Part shown: in pieces, positions 36,358 through 48,500 of the stretch
Layout: every line of letters begins with the position of its first letter
Position numbering within the stretch: the stretch's first letter is position 1
IMG/VR virus record: IMGVR_UViG_3300010373_000003
Span: 1 to 64,000 of that record
From: a virus
DNA length: 64,000 nt
Direction: 5' to 3' (one strand)
Made by a program: the position numbers and the translations under genes
Notes under the pieces: model-generated
Seen by the model: the letters and a program-made list of their open reading frames with translations, nothing else
The model's database searches: none
What the model was told of the DNA's origin: nothing

Positions 36358-39300
36358 ATGAGCGTTAATACAAAACTTAATCTCAATAAACATCCAAAAG
36401 ATAATGATAATTTATCTCTTGTTAATGCTCAGGCTGTAAAGATTAGCCACGATGGGAGTTGTATTACTAGTGAAGATTCTATTAAAGAGAATTCTTTTAT
36501 TCATAATTATCTTAGTGCTTTTTATGGTACTAACCCTGTTATTGGTTATAAGATAGTAGGTATTATACCTTGTAATAACGAATTAGTTATTGTAGTTAAA
36601 CCTTCTAATACTGTTGATGATGCTGATATATTTAGATATCAAGAACCTATCAATGACAATATTGAAAAGATGTATTGTGCTTATGGAGGATTAGGTAGTC
36701 CTAATAGATTTAAATATCAAGGAGGTCTTATTAAAGGAGCTTTTACTTATAACGTAGAGAATAGTTTAGTTATAGCTATTAGTGAGTATGGTAATTCTAA
36801 TATTAGAATACCTTTACGTACTATTAATCTTGGTAACTCTGACGACCCTACTGTTTATAATGATAAGGATTTATCTAATTCTAAATTATACATATCTCCT
36901 GAAGTTAGACTACCTAGTGTTAATAATTTAGATTATACCGCAGGTAGTGCTTATAAAGGATGGTACTATATGTTTATTCGTTATAAGATTAATAGTGTTG
37001 ATTATACTCAATGGTATTCTATTGGTCCTCCTATTTATATTGATACTTTAGAACAATATCAGATTATAAGGTATCCTTTTGGTAGAGATACTAAGTTTGC
37101 AGCTAGTGCATTAAATGATATAGTTAGTCCTGCTTGGCCAGATGATGGTTATGGAGCAGGTGCTTCTGATTATTTTAGTAATAGTTCTGATATAGCTAAA
37201 GAGACATTTAAAGTAGATTTATATTTTAATAAGAATATTGATTATACTAAATATCAAATAGGAGTAATTTGTGCTTCTAAGTCTTATACTAAAGCTTTTA
37301 GAACTGCTGATATTTACTTAGATAAAAACTATAATGAAGGTTTTAATGTTCGTATACAAAAGTATGTTCTTGATAATAAGTCTTTAATTGAGTATAATGT
37401 TAGTAGTTTTATTACTGACAATGGTAATTACTTTAATAGTAAGAATGTAATTAATTATAAGAATAGATTATATATTAGTAACTATCTAGAAGATAATGCT
37501 AATAATGATGATATACCTCAAAGTATTATTGATTCTATTAATGTTAATTTATATACTTCTTATGTAAGAGATTATGGTTTAGTATATGATACAGCTCTAA
37601 TAGTAAATTGGGTTACTGGAGCTAATCAGTATGATACTTATAAGTTTACTGAAATACCTCTAGCTAGATTTCTAAACATATCAGAAGAAACTATTGTTAC
37701 TATTAGTGCTTCTGGACATACTACTAAAATAAGTAAAGCTGGTCAATTTTATATTACTTCTGGTAATAGTGTTCCCGGATATGCTTATATTCAATTAAGA
37801 GAACCGGGTCCACTTGGTAGTGTTTCTGTTACTAATTATGGAGTTCAACCTTATAGTGATTATATTTATTTAGCTATTGCTGATGTTAATAATAATCCTC
37901 AAAGTAATTTTACATTTGATCCTGTTAGGTCTGCTATTAATGGCGGAATGATGTATACTAATACTAATATTGATTTTGATAGTCGTAAGAAACAAAGTTG
38001 TTTAATACCGGGTGAAGTTTATAATTTTAATATACATTTTACTAATAAGTATAGTGGTGCTACTAACGGTTATAGAATACCAAATAATACTAAATGGATT
38101 GTAAATGGAGAACCTAATAGAGAAATAATACCTATTTCATTTAATCTTAGAGTTAATAGTGAAACTGTTACATATTATGCTGCTATGGATGTTGATTCTA
38201 ATGTAGCAAGAGAAGACTTTACTGTTAATGAAAGATATTCTATTAATGTAAATGGTATAAGGTTTTTTAAACAATATAATACATTTGGTACTAGTCCTAC
38301 TTTAAGTAGTGAGGTTACTAGTCCTTCTGATTTACAAAGTTGTGTTGCTGCTTTTAAAGAGTTTTTCTCTTCTTATAATAGTGATAAGTTTTCTACTACT
38401 AAATGGTATCAAGTATCATATGGACCGGGAGGAGATAAGTTTCATTTATTTATTAATAATAATGGAGATAGACTATTTAAGATTCCTACTATTGAATCGT
38501 TTACTGGAGCATGGGATGGTTTCCCTGATGAAGTAGCACCTTTCAAACAATACAATCTTCATACTCTAATGAGAGCTTCTTTTGATAATATAGAAATACC
38601 TGAAGGTTATGACGGATTCTATATATCTTATGAGAAGTTTGAGTCACAAGCTAGAGCTACTGGACTACTTACTCGTAATGATTTCCGTACTCAGGATTGG
38701 ATTGTTAAAGGAGGTAATACTGTACAACTAGGTACTAGAAACTCTGCTAAGTCTGATAAGATGTTCTTTTATAGCAGTACTTATGATATTTCTGATACTA
38801 TTAAATTAGATTATAGTATAATGAGAATTGAAGCTATTAATCCTTTTAAGAAAGAAGATATACCTGAATGGGATTATTTTCAAAGGAATAATACTTTTAA
38901 CTTTCTTCATGATATGAATAAGCCTCAGGTTGCTTCTTATTTTGAGGATGTTCAAAGAACTTATGCTATGCCTGAATATAAGATAGCTGTAGCTGATAGT
39001 GTTGCTGATGATAGAATGGGTGTAGGTACGGCTTTACAAATAAAGGATTCTTATAATCTATTTGCTAGTTATGTTACTAGTGCTGGTATACATGATAGAT
39101 TAAAAGTATATAGAGTTACTCTATTGAATACTACTCGTGACATTTATATGTCTGATAGTAAAACTCTTATTAGACTAGGTGATGTTGTTTATAGGTCTGA
39201 AGGTGCTCCTACTAATTATAAGTATTCACAATATATTAATTCTGGATATAATGGACATTATACTTATGATGGTATTCCTATTTATGAGAATGCAGGAGTT

Positions 39301-40818
39301 GTATTTAACACTGCTAATAATAGAGTTTTTAGAATTAATAATCATGATCATTATTATAAGTTTGAGGTTCCAAATGATAAACCTCATACTTATCAGAATG
39401 ATGTTCCTTTTCTAGCTTATTTACAATTACCTATATGTACTGATGTATTCTTTGAAAGTAAGTCTTATAAGAATAGTCCTGTAGGATTTATGTCTTTAGT
39501 TAAAGGTTCAGATGAGAACTCTAATAAGTTTGCTAAAGGTACTATGGTTACTCCTGTTAATAGTATTGATTTATTTGAAAATAGACAAGGTTCTGCTGAT
39601 CAGTTTAATCCTAAGACTTATGTTAACTTTAGAGAAGATTTAGTTTCTGTTGAACAATTTGATAAGACTATTCGTAGATCTAATGTTATACAGAATGAAA
39701 GTAGAGTTAATGGTTGGAGAACTTTCCCTATTGAAGGTTATAAAAATATAACTGAGAATAAAGGAAAGATTACTAATATAATTGGAATAGGTACTGTTCT
39801 ACTTGCACATACTGAACATAGTATGTTTATGTTTGATACTGATAATACTCTTAAGACTGAAGGTAAAGATATTCAATTATTACAACCTGATGCTTTTGAA
39901 GTATCGTACAATGAAGTGTTTACTTCTGATAAAGGTTTTGGTGGTTTACAAGATGATAAATCATATATTGTTAATGACTTTGGTTATATATTTTATAGTG
40001 ATGATACTAATCGTATTTATCGGTTTGACGATAAGCAGTTAGATAACATGGACGAAGATATAATACAATGGCTTAAAAAATATAAACCTTTTAATGTTAG
40101 GATGGCTAACGATAAAGAAAATAATCGTATACTTATGAAATTCGATTATCTTGTTACTGGACTAACTAGAAGTACTGTTATTAGTTATAATTATAATGAG
40201 AAGAATTTTGTATCTCAACATCCTTATTACTTTGACGAAGCTTTTAATACTAAAGTTGGTTTATACTTACAATGCACTAATGATCATAATGGATGCTCTT
40301 TACATAATTTTGATTATAAAGGAGATGTTTATGGTAGATATGATAATATCAAAGGTACATTAGGTCAATCAATTGTTGCTCATTCTAAACTTAGTTTTAT
40401 TATTAATGATTCTTATAGTATTGTTAAGTTCTTAGAGTATATTACTTATAAACTTACTAAGTATGCCGAGTATTCCGGTACTGATTTTACTAACTTGCCC
40501 GTAGAGGAATACAAGACTCCTTATGCTGGATATACACTTGCTGTATATAATAATAATGTTAATACTGGTGTATTAAATATAACTACTGACATTGAAGCAA
40601 ACAAAAACATGTTTGATGTTATTGACAAACCTTATTGGGATTTAGGAGTTTGGAACTTTAGTTATCTTCGTAATAGAATAAGTGAACTAAATAATGGAGT
40701 TAGTGATGATAATATAACTAGATTATTTGGTAACTATTTCATTGTTGAATTTGTATTTGATAACGAGGACGGTCGTAAGATTGATTTTGAAGAATTAAAT
40801 TATAATGTTTCTGAGTAA
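36358..40818 (+). CDS. tail stabilisation / muzzle protein (P22 gp10-like)
   Basis: 1486 aa, beta-rich; KLNLNKHP start, NRLYISNY, GWRTF..YKNITENKGKITNI, FGNYFIVEF. Confidence 0.75.
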   Translation: MSVNTKLNLNKHPKDNDNLSLVNAQAVKISHDGSCITSEDSIKENSFIHNYLSAFYGTNPVIGYKIVGIIPCNNELVIVVKPSNTVDDADIFRYQEPINDNIEKMYCAYGGLGSPNRFKYQGGLIKGAFTYNVENSLVIAISEYGNSNIRIPLRTINLGNSDDPTVYNDKDLSNSKLYISPEVRLPSVNNLDYTAGSAYKGWYYMFIRYKINSVDYTQWYSIGPPIYIDTLEQYQIIRYPFGRDTKFAASALNDIVSPAWPDDGYGAGASDYFSNSSDIAKETFKVDLYFNKNIDYTKYQIGVICASKSYTKAFRTADIYLDKNYNEGFNVRIQKYVLDNKSLIEYNVSSFITDNGNYFNSKNVINYKNRLYISNYLEDNANNDDIPQSIIDSINVNLYTSYVRDYGLVYDTALIVNWVTGANQYDTYKFTEIPLARFLNISEETIVTISASGHTTKISKAGQFYITSGNSVPGYAYIQLREPGPLGSVSVTNYGVQPYSDYIYLAIADVNNNPQSNFTFDPVRSAINGGMMYTNTNIDFDSRKKQSCLIPGEVYNFNIHFTNKYSGATNGYRIPNNTKWIVNGEPNREIIPISFNLRVNSETVTYYAAMDVDSNVAREDFTVNERYSINVNGIRFFKQYNTFGTSPTLSSEVTSPSDLQSCVAAFKEFFSSYNSDKFSTTKWYQVSYGPGGDKFHLFINNNGDRLFKIPTIESFTGAWDGFPDEVAPFKQYNLHTLMRASFDNIEIPEGYDGFYISYEKFESQARATGLLTRNDFRTQDWIVKGGNTVQLGTRNSAKSDKMFFYSSTYDISDTIKLDYSIMRIEAINPFKKEDIPEWDYFQRNNTFNFLHDMNKPQVASYFEDVQRTYAMPEYKIAVADSVADDRMGVGTALQIKDSYNLFASYVTSAGIHDRLKVYRVTLLNTTRDIYMSDSKTLIRLGDVVYRSEGAPTNYKYSQYINSGYNGHYTYDGIPIYENAGVVFNTANNRVFRINNHDHYYKFEVPNDKPHTYQNDVPFLAYLQLPICTDVFFESKSYKNSPVGFMSLVKGSDENSNKFAKGTMVTPVNSIDLFENRQGSADQFNPKTYVNFREDLVSVEQFDKTIRRSNVIQNESRVNGWRTFPIEGYKNITENKGKITNIIGIGTVLLAHTEHSMFMFDTDNTLKTEGKDIQLLQPDAFEVSYNEVFTSDKGFGGLQDDKSYIVNDFGYIFYSDDTNRIYRFDDKQLDNMDEDIIQWLKKYKPFNVRMANDKENNRILMKFDYLVTGLTRSTVISYNYNEKNFVSQHPYYFDEAFNTKVGLYLQCTNDHNGCSLHNFDYKGDVYGRYDNIKGTLGQSIVAHSKLSFIINDSYSIVKFLEYITYKLTKYAEYSGTDFTNLPVEEYKTPYAGYTLAVYNNNVNTGVLNITTDIEANKNMFDVIDKPYWDLGVWNFSYLRNRISELNNGVSDDNITRLFGNYFIVEFVFDNEDGRKIDFEELNYNVSE
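40494..40509 (-). repeat. dispersed 16-bp element, copy 8 (TTCCTCTACGGGCAAG)
   Basis: + strand CTTGCCCGTAGAGGAA; encodes LPVEE. Confidence 0.85.
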
Positions 40819-40827
40819 GATATAGAT

Positions 40828-41496
40828 ATGAAACGTAGAGTAGTTAAAAAGAATGGTCGTAAGGAAGCTTTCCTAGGGGCCATTATAGGTACAGTTGCAG
40901 GTATTGCAGGTAGTATTATTAGTGGTAAAAAGCAGAAGAAAGCTGATGAATTAGCTTTTAAGCAAGCACAAGCTGAACAGAATAGAATAGATGGTTTACA
41001 ACAAGCCCAAGCTTTAAGTAGTAGTTATGCTAATCAAAGTTATGTTGATCAATACAAAGATAAAGTTGTTCTTAAAAATGGTGGTAAAATGAAAGTTAAA
41101 GCAGTTAAAAAAGGAGATCGTATAGATACTTTTAAAAAGTATAAAGTAGGAGGTAGAATACCTATTGGTAGCAATAAGAAAGAATATGGTTCCCTTATAG
41201 GTAAAGATGGTATTGGTGGTGTTGTTAGCGGTGGAATTGGAGGTGTTGGCAGTTTAATAAGTTCTATATTTAGTAAACCTAAAGCTCCTAAAACAATTGT
41301 TAAATCTGATGGTTTTTCAGTTGCTGCACCTAAAACAGGCATTGCTCCTACTAGTTATACTTTAGATGCTGATGGTAATCCTTTAACTACTGTTCCTACT
41401 ATTCCTGCTTCTATTGAACCTCAATTAGACGGACTTACTGGTCAGCGTATGAAATTGCCACAGGCTAAGGTAGGTAAGAGACTTATATTAAAATAG
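40828..41496 (+). CDS. virion cargo/ejection protein with glycine-rich hydrophobic segments
   Basis: AFLGAIIGTVAGIAGSIISG and GIGGVVSGGIGGVGSLISS; basic. Confidence 0.65.
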   Translation: MKRRVVKKNGRKEAFLGAIIGTVAGIAGSIISGKKQKKADELAFKQAQAEQNRIDGLQQAQALSSSYANQSYVDQYKDKVVLKNGGKMKVKAVKKGDRIDTFKKYKVGGRIPIGSNKKEYGSLIGKDGIGGVVSGGIGGVGSLISSIFSKPKAPKTIVKSDGFSVAAPKTGIAPTSYTLDADGNPLTTVPTIPASIEPQLDGLTGQRMKLPQAKVGKRLILK

Positions 41497-41519
41497 ATAG
41501 CTATTTAAGGCTATCTATT
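41492..41519 (+). terminator. hairpin at gene end, possible terminator
   Basis: AATAGATAGC-N8-GCTATCTATT; weak T-tail. Confidence 0.4.
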
Positions 41520-41610
41520 ATAGTTTATATATGATCCTTTACATTTATATGGGATTATATAGTAATGCTCTTATACGCCATAATAGTTAGTCATAATAAT
41601 TAATAATTAT

Positions 41611-42888
41611 ATGAAGTCTAATAAAGTACTTAAGCCTAAAGTTGTTAGAGGAGGAGCTGCTGTTCCTCTTGGTAAGAACTTTTATTATATGAACGGTCGT
41701 AAACATGAAGATGGAGGTATTGCTATTGGTAAGAATCCTCGTACTGGTCTTGAAGTTGAAGACGGTGAAGTAATGCATTTAACTAATAAAGAAGTTAAAG
41801 TATTTAGTTCAGTTCCTTTTCTTAATAATGAATCACCTGCTCAAAGAGTAATGAAAGGTGAAGATGCTAATAAAGTCTTTAATGCTCAAGAAGACTATAA
41901 ACAAACTAATGGTATTAATGATGATGGTAGTTTAAAACAAAAAGGAAATAAAGATATGAAACGTAGTAAACACGCTATTGGAGGTAAAAAGAAAAGTCCT
42001 TCTCTTTCTCCTGTTGCTAATAATATTCAACTTGGAGGATATGATCCTACTCCTTACAATGATTTAAAACTAACAGCTGAAGCTGATATGTTAACAGGTA
42101 TGAGAGATGTTAATCCTGTTAATCCTGCTACTCCTAATAGATTCAATAGAGTCTTAACAGATGTTAAAATTGGAGCTCAAAGAGTAGGAGAAGGTATTAA
42201 CAAATTCTATAATGATAGACCTGGTGCTCTCGGTGATACTATTGGAGTTGGTGCTAACATAATTGGAGGACTTGTTGCTAATAGAGCTAACAATAAGATG
42301 TTAGACAAACTTGAATATTCTAAACAACCTACTCCTCGTAAAGCTACAAAGCTTAAAACTAATATTAATATTAATCCTCAACTTGATAAGATGCGAGAAT
42401 CTCTTGCAGATTATGAAAGAGATATTGAGGGAAATACTGCTAGTTCTAGAGTATCTGTTGCTAGAAAACAAAGAGGTCGTGTTGCTAATACATTACAGAC
42501 TAATGAGTTGTATGGTAATAAAGAGAATCTAGAAACTGAATTGGTTAATAGAGATAGAATTAATCAACAACAAGTTGGTAATGCTAACATTGAAGATTAT
42601 AATCGTTGGCAAGAAGGTAAATCGGCATTTAATAATGCTGTTAGAGAAAAACGTTCTGAGAATACAGTTGGTCTTGTAGAAACACTTAATGCAGGTGTAC
42701 AAGATGTTATAACTAGAGGTGAGAAACGTAGTGCTACCAGAGAAAACATGTTAACTATGGCTGCTGCTAGTCCTAATGTTAATCCTAGAATACTAAAAGA
42801 TTTAGGAGTTAAAAACATAACGGATCAAATGGTTGCAGATTGGGATAGAGCTAATGCTAAGAAACGTAAGAAATCTAATAGTAAATAA
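41611..42888 (+). CDS. virion cargo/ejection protein
   Basis: GRKHEDGGI..EVEDGEV motif, glycine-rich hydrophobic segment, helical C-terminus. Confidence 0.65.
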   Translation: MKSNKVLKPKVVRGGAAVPLGKNFYYMNGRKHEDGGIAIGKNPRTGLEVEDGEVMHLTNKEVKVFSSVPFLNNESPAQRVMKGEDANKVFNAQEDYKQTNGINDDGSLKQKGNKDMKRSKHAIGGKKKSPSLSPVANNIQLGGYDPTPYNDLKLTAEADMLTGMRDVNPVNPATPNRFNRVLTDVKIGAQRVGEGINKFYNDRPGALGDTIGVGANIIGGLVANRANNKMLDKLEYSKQPTPRKATKLKTNININPQLDKMRESLADYERDIEGNTASSRVSVARKQRGRVANTLQTNELYGNKENLETELVNRDRINQQQVGNANIEDYNRWQEGKSAFNNAVREKRSENTVGLVETLNAGVQDVITRGEKRSATRENMLTMAAASPNVNPRILKDLGVKNITDQMVADWDRANAKKRKKSNSK

Positions 42889-42897
42889 TATCCTGAA

Positions 42898-45549
42898 ATG
42901 AAGAATTTTAATTATATTAATAGAGAATCTGTTAATCCTATTGACTTAAATGTTTTAGGAAGAACTTATAATACTCTTGAACAAGGACACCAAGAAGCAG
43001 TAAAGGCTGCTTCAGACCTTGAAGTTACAATGGCTAGTCTTGATCTTAATGAAGCTGAGTCTGGGTATAGACAACAGAAGCTTGCTGAGATTAGACAGAC
43101 TGTAGCTGATAATACTAATCACGGTAATGCTTATGGAGCATTAGATGATATTATTTCTAAAGCTGGTAATATTGCTTCTGATCATGGTATGATTGGAAGA
43201 TTACAAGCACAAAAGGATTTTAAGACATATAGAGAAGGTCTTGAAAAACGAACTGATCTTCCTGAAGATTATAAAGATTATTATAGAGAAGCTAATCCTT
43301 ATCATTATAAAGATAAAGTAGATGAGACTACTGGTCAAGTTATAGGAGGTACTAAATGGCAACCTATGACTTCTCCAACTCAAGTAGTTCCTCTTAATGA
43401 GATTATATCCCAAGGTCTTAAGTGGGCAGCTAAAGAGAGTGGTGGAGGTGAAGCTACTAGATGGATTGATGTTCAAGGTAGAGTTACAAATGATCCTTCT
43501 CAAGCTTATGATGGTCAAGTATATAATAGTACTAGTAACCAATGGGAGAAGCTTAGTAAAGAGAAGATTAGACAAGGTATTAAAGCTTCTATAGCTGCTA
43601 CTCCTGGCGCTAAAGAAAGTATTGCTCAAGATTATAAGATAGCTGAATGGAAACATGGTAAAAATGTTAGAGCTAATGGAGGTAAACCTGTTGTAGGTGA
43701 TGTTACTGATAGAAATGGTATTCTTCTTAATGAAGATGAATATCTATTTAAACGTGTTGATCCTGCAGTTCAAGCTGCTTCTTATCATAATTCTGTTAGT
43801 AAAACTAATTATGGTCAAGGTTTAGCTACTTATAAAGCTGGAGTTAAAGCCGCTGCCAATGCTGCTGCTAATCAACAAAACACTATGACTGATGCTATGA
43901 TTGGAGGTAGAGATACTCCTGTTAGTGTTCCTATAGATGCAGCTGCTAGTTTTGTTGCTGTTAAGAATACATCTGGTAATCAGCTTAAAGATATATACAA
44001 AAAGATTACAGGTAGTGATCTACATATTGCAGATACTGGTGGTATTAGTAATATGGAAGGTTTGCTAGACAAATATAATGTTCCTGCTGCTGCTAGACAA
44101 CAAGTTAGATCATTAGTTAAATCTTATAATGAAGGTGTTCATAATCTTCAAGCTTATACTAATAAAATGTCTCCTACTGATAAAGCAGAGTTTGAATTTG
44201 CTGCTCGTATGAAGTCAGGAGGTGAACTTAAGTCTAGCGCTAACGGTGGTTCTAAATATGATGATCGTGCTATTGAACTTATTAATAAGTTATATAAGAA
44301 TGGTAATTCTATTGAAGTTGATCTAAGTGATGATAGTATTAGAAAAGAGTTTGAAAATATTATAGGCGGAGGTCAATATAATGGTTATAAGAACCTTGGT
44401 ATAGAGGTTGCTAATAACAAAATTACTATTCCTAAGAGTTCTATGTATAGTACTCCTCTTATATTTGATGCTTTAGAGAAAGCTAAACAAAGTGCTAAGT
44501 CTGTTAGAAATGAAAAAGGTAGTTTCATAGATAAGTATTTTAGACCTGATCCAGTATATACTGTAAAAGGTGTTAATGCTTCAGGAGATGCTGTTGGAGT
44601 TAATAGATTGATTGATGAAAGTCATGATCTCATTGCTACTAGACTTCGTACTGGTTTTGCTAAAGCTGATGAAATAGGTAAGACTGTATCTAATAAATAT
44701 AAGATTGCTAACAAAGAAGTTCAATTAAGTAGTTTAAATCTTGATGGTAATCATTTTACTGATGGTACTTTACTAGATCAATATAATAAAGGTATTCTAT
44801 CTAAAGAAGAGTATGGTGTTCAAAAGAAATACTATGATGACTCTTTTGATAATATTCTTTCTAATACTGACTTTAGTCAAATGGATATGTATCATCTTGC
44901 AGATGGTGATAATGTTAAACGTAGAGTTGTAGATGGAGCTGAAAGATTTAACTTTGGTTCTGATATTCTTAAAGCTGTTAAAGATAAAAGAGTTACAGTA
45001 ACTCCTTCTATAGTCCCAGGTATTAGTGATCCTGTATCTGGTGCACCTATTGCAGGTTATAACATTACTGTTCTTCCTGAAAAGAAAGATGGTAAGAATA
45101 GTACTGAGGCTCCTAAACGTTTTTATATACCCGGAATGGTAAATGAAACTGCTTCTAAACATATGATGCAAGATCCTACTGTTCAAGCGTTTAATGCTAT
45201 TACAATAGCTGGTGCTACTAAATCTACTAAATCATTAACAGATACCAATGTTAACCCTAAGCTTGGTAATATATCTGTAAGTGGTATGGGAGATAACAAC
45301 TTTATGGTTGACTTTAACGGTATTAAGAAACAAGTTAATCAAGAGACTGCTGTAGGTTTAACTACTGCTCTTAATAACTATAACGCTGTTAAGAATAGAG
45401 TTCTAGCTGAAAGTTATGGTAAATCTGATTATCAATTGAATCCTGCTATGAAAAGCACTATTGCTAATGCAGCTACTACAATTGGTAGAATAACAGGTAC
45501 TAACCCTAATGCTGTTCTTGAGAAACTTATTGATGACATTAATAAATAA
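42898..45549 (+). CDS. large virion cargo protein (883 aa)
   Basis: Precedes the two giant genes, as in crAss-like phages. Confidence 0.65.
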   Translation: MKNFNYINRESVNPIDLNVLGRTYNTLEQGHQEAVKAASDLEVTMASLDLNEAESGYRQQKLAEIRQTVADNTNHGNAYGALDDIISKAGNIASDHGMIGRLQAQKDFKTYREGLEKRTDLPEDYKDYYREANPYHYKDKVDETTGQVIGGTKWQPMTSPTQVVPLNEIISQGLKWAAKESGGGEATRWIDVQGRVTNDPSQAYDGQVYNSTSNQWEKLSKEKIRQGIKASIAATPGAKESIAQDYKIAEWKHGKNVRANGGKPVVGDVTDRNGILLNEDEYLFKRVDPAVQAASYHNSVSKTNYGQGLATYKAGVKAAANAAANQQNTMTDAMIGGRDTPVSVPIDAAASFVAVKNTSGNQLKDIYKKITGSDLHIADTGGISNMEGLLDKYNVPAAARQQVRSLVKSYNEGVHNLQAYTNKMSPTDKAEFEFAARMKSGGELKSSANGGSKYDDRAIELINKLYKNGNSIEVDLSDDSIRKEFENIIGGGQYNGYKNLGIEVANNKITIPKSSMYSTPLIFDALEKAKQSAKSVRNEKGSFIDKYFRPDPVYTVKGVNASGDAVGVNRLIDESHDLIATRLRTGFAKADEIGKTVSNKYKIANKEVQLSSLNLDGNHFTDGTLLDQYNKGILSKEEYGVQKKYYDDSFDNILSNTDFSQMDMYHLADGDNVKRRVVDGAERFNFGSDILKAVKDKRVTVTPSIVPGISDPVSGAPIAGYNITVLPEKKDGKNSTEAPKRFYIPGMVNETASKHMMQDPTVQAFNAITIAGATKSTKSLTDTNVNPKLGNISVSGMGDNNFMVDFNGIKKQVNQETAVGLTTALNNYNAVKNRVLAESYGKSDYQLNPAMKSTIANAATTIGRITGTNPNAVLEKLIDDINK

Positions 45550-45558
45550 AATATCTAT

Positions 45559-48500
45559 ATGGATATTAATGACTTTTTAAATAACGGAGTTACGGTTAAG
45601 AACCCTAATTATAAGAAACCCACTAAGAGAGATCCTAGTGGGTCTCCTCGTTTTATACAATCTGGTGATTACAATGCAGCTGTTGATCGTGATAGTCGTA
45701 TTGGTGGATTTCTTGCTGAAAATAGTTATGATCTAACAGGTCTTAACAATGACGAGAATAAGTATGCTGATTATGATGTCCGTATTAACCCAGTTAATAC
45801 TAAAGATGAACTTGATCAACAACGTGCTAAGAACCAATCTGCTTGGGAACAAACAGGTAGACTTGTTACGCAAGCTGTAGGTAATGAAATAGTTCTAGGT
45901 ACTGCTTTAGGATTATCCAATCTTGTAGATATGGGTGTTAATATTGGTAAAGAGGCTGGAAAAGATGATTATACTAATCCTTTTAGTACTTTCTTAGAAG
46001 GTAAACAAGATGAGATTAGAAAAGCTTTTGAGATATACCAAGAGAATCCTAATGAGACTTTTCAAGTTGGAGACTTTGGATGGTGGGCAGGTAATGCTGT
46101 AAGTGTTGCTTCTACATTATCTATGCTTATACCTTCAATGGCAGTTACTAAAGGTTTAGGTGCAGCTGGTAAATTTGCTAAACTTGAAAGACTTAGTACT
46201 GGTATTGCTAAAGCAGCTAGTGGTGTAGGTCTAACAAAGAATACTGCTACATTAGCTAGAGCTATTAACTCTGGTGCTGAAATAGGTACCGCAGCGTTAC
46301 TTAGTAGAACAATGGAAGGATATCTTGAAGCTAGAGGTGTTTATAAGGAAACTTATGATAAATCTTTAGGTAAACTTGAATCTATGACTGTTGATGAGAA
46401 AGCTAAGCTTTTTAAGAATAATCCTCAGTTTGTTGGAATGTCTAATGAAGAAATGGCTAGTAATATGTCTAGTTTTTCTGCTGATGAAACCTTTAAGAAT
46501 GATTATGCAATGTTACTATTTGATATTGCTCAATTTAAAGCTTTAGGTTCTATGTGGAAAGGTGTTGCTAATAAAGCAGTTAACTCTACTCTAAGAACAG
46601 CTAATAGAAATGCTATTGCTGGACTTGCTGATGATGGAGCAGCTGCTATTGGAAACATGGGATTCTTTGCTAAACGTGCTGAGATTATTAAACATGCTAT
46701 AAAGAATCCTATGAGTAGTCTTACAGCTATTCAACTTAGTGAAGGTCTTGAAGAAGGTTATCAAGGAGTTCAAACAGAGAAAGGTAAAGAGATTGCTGAA
46801 AAGATGCTTGATCCTAATTTTAATGCTAGAACTCTTGAAAGTTATCTTAAAGATGGTGCTATATGGGAACAAGCATTTTGGGGAGTAGTTGGAGGAATGG
46901 CTTTCCAATCTATAGGTACTGGTGTTGGTAATTTAGCTACAGCTGTTAAAGGTAAAGTTAATAAACGTACTATGTCTGAAGAAGATTATGCTCTTTCTCA
47001 AATGACTGATGAAAAGATCAGAGAACAAGAGATTGTAGGTCGTCAGGCTCGTATGCAAGACTTTACAGAGAGTATGCAGCTTCTTAATAATGGTAAGAAT
47101 CCTTTTGGTTATAAGATTGATCCTGATACTAAACAACCTATTCTAGCAGACGGTAGTAAAGTCAATGAAGATGTTAGTCAAGAAGAAGCTGAATTGCTTA
47201 AGACTCAACTTACTAATGATTTTGTTACTAATATGGTATTAGATGCTACTGATAAAGGTAATTACGATCTATTCAAAGAATATGTTACTGATCAGAACTT
47301 TGATAAGTTCTTTCAAGATGCTGGACTAGAGTCTAACTCTGGTGATAAATCTTTTAGTAGAATGTTAGTTGATAAGATGGATCAAACATATGAAGAATAC
47401 AATGGTGCTCTTTATGATGTTATGAATTCTATTAGTGTAGAGAATGAAAGTGTGGCTAAGATTGTGGCACGAAGTATTGCTAGAAGAAAACTACAAGTAT
47501 CAGACTTATATAATAGTTCTGATGATCTAGCTAATCAAATAGCAACTAACGCAGATACTACTGATTATATAGATTATGAAGAGAATCAAAGAGTTAAATA
47601 TGTAAAAGATCGTATAGCTGAAATAGATAAAAAAGAACAAGGTCTTCAAGAAATGTTAACTAATAAACAAATTAGTTCTCAAGCTGTAGATCAAATTATT
47701 AAAGAAAATAATATTAGACGTAATCAACTTCTAGCATTTGCTTCTACTGGTAATATGTTTGGTAACCCTGATGTTATAAGCAATATCTTAAGTTCTAATA
47801 TTAATGATGCTAATACTGGTGAATTCTTAGCAGAGTTTAATAAGTTCTTAGCAACTATTGATCAAGATGTTAAACCCGGTACTCCTAAGAAGTCTGTTCA
47901 AGATATTGTTAAAAAGAAGATTGAAGTAGATGATCATTTAGATTATATTGAGAAAACATTACCTACTACACAATCTAACTATCAAACAGAATATGATGAT
48001 GTTGCTAGAAATGTAGATAGACTTACTGTTGAAAGATATGATAAAGCTGTAGACATTGTAGGAGAATATATAGAATCTCAACCAGATCTAGATACAGCTC
48101 ATAACAATGTTATGACTAATAATGTTCCTGCTAATATAAAGGAACAATTAGATATACTTAAACTTGGACATCATAGTACTTCTAAATATACTAGTCAGAT
48201 TAATTCTATATTCAGAGAAGTTAACAATGATAGAACAGCAGCTGCTGCTGAAGCTAGAAATGTTAATGTTGATAATACTGTTACTAATGATACTACAGCT
48301 GAAAATGATATACTTGATATAGATGGTGTAGTTGCTGAAACTGACAATAGAGAATCTGTCACTGAGTCTTCCTCTACGGGGGAGGTTATACAATCAGATG
48401 TATCAAAACCGGCTGCTGTTGAAGAAGTAGTTAATCCTGAAACATTTATTGCTCCTTTTGACATAGTTGAAGAAGTTGCTTCTTTAGATAAAGCTACTGA

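Noticed and set aside
18393-41514. Weak shared string AGCnnTTTAaGCT at 18393, 36253 and 41497
   Set aside because: Short and AT-rich, and one copy is part of a hairpin; not convincing without statistics
45618-45643. Hairpin ACCCACTA..TAGTGGGT near the start of the 2112-aa gene
   Set aside because: Single instance in coding sequence with no adjacent T-run; may be chance
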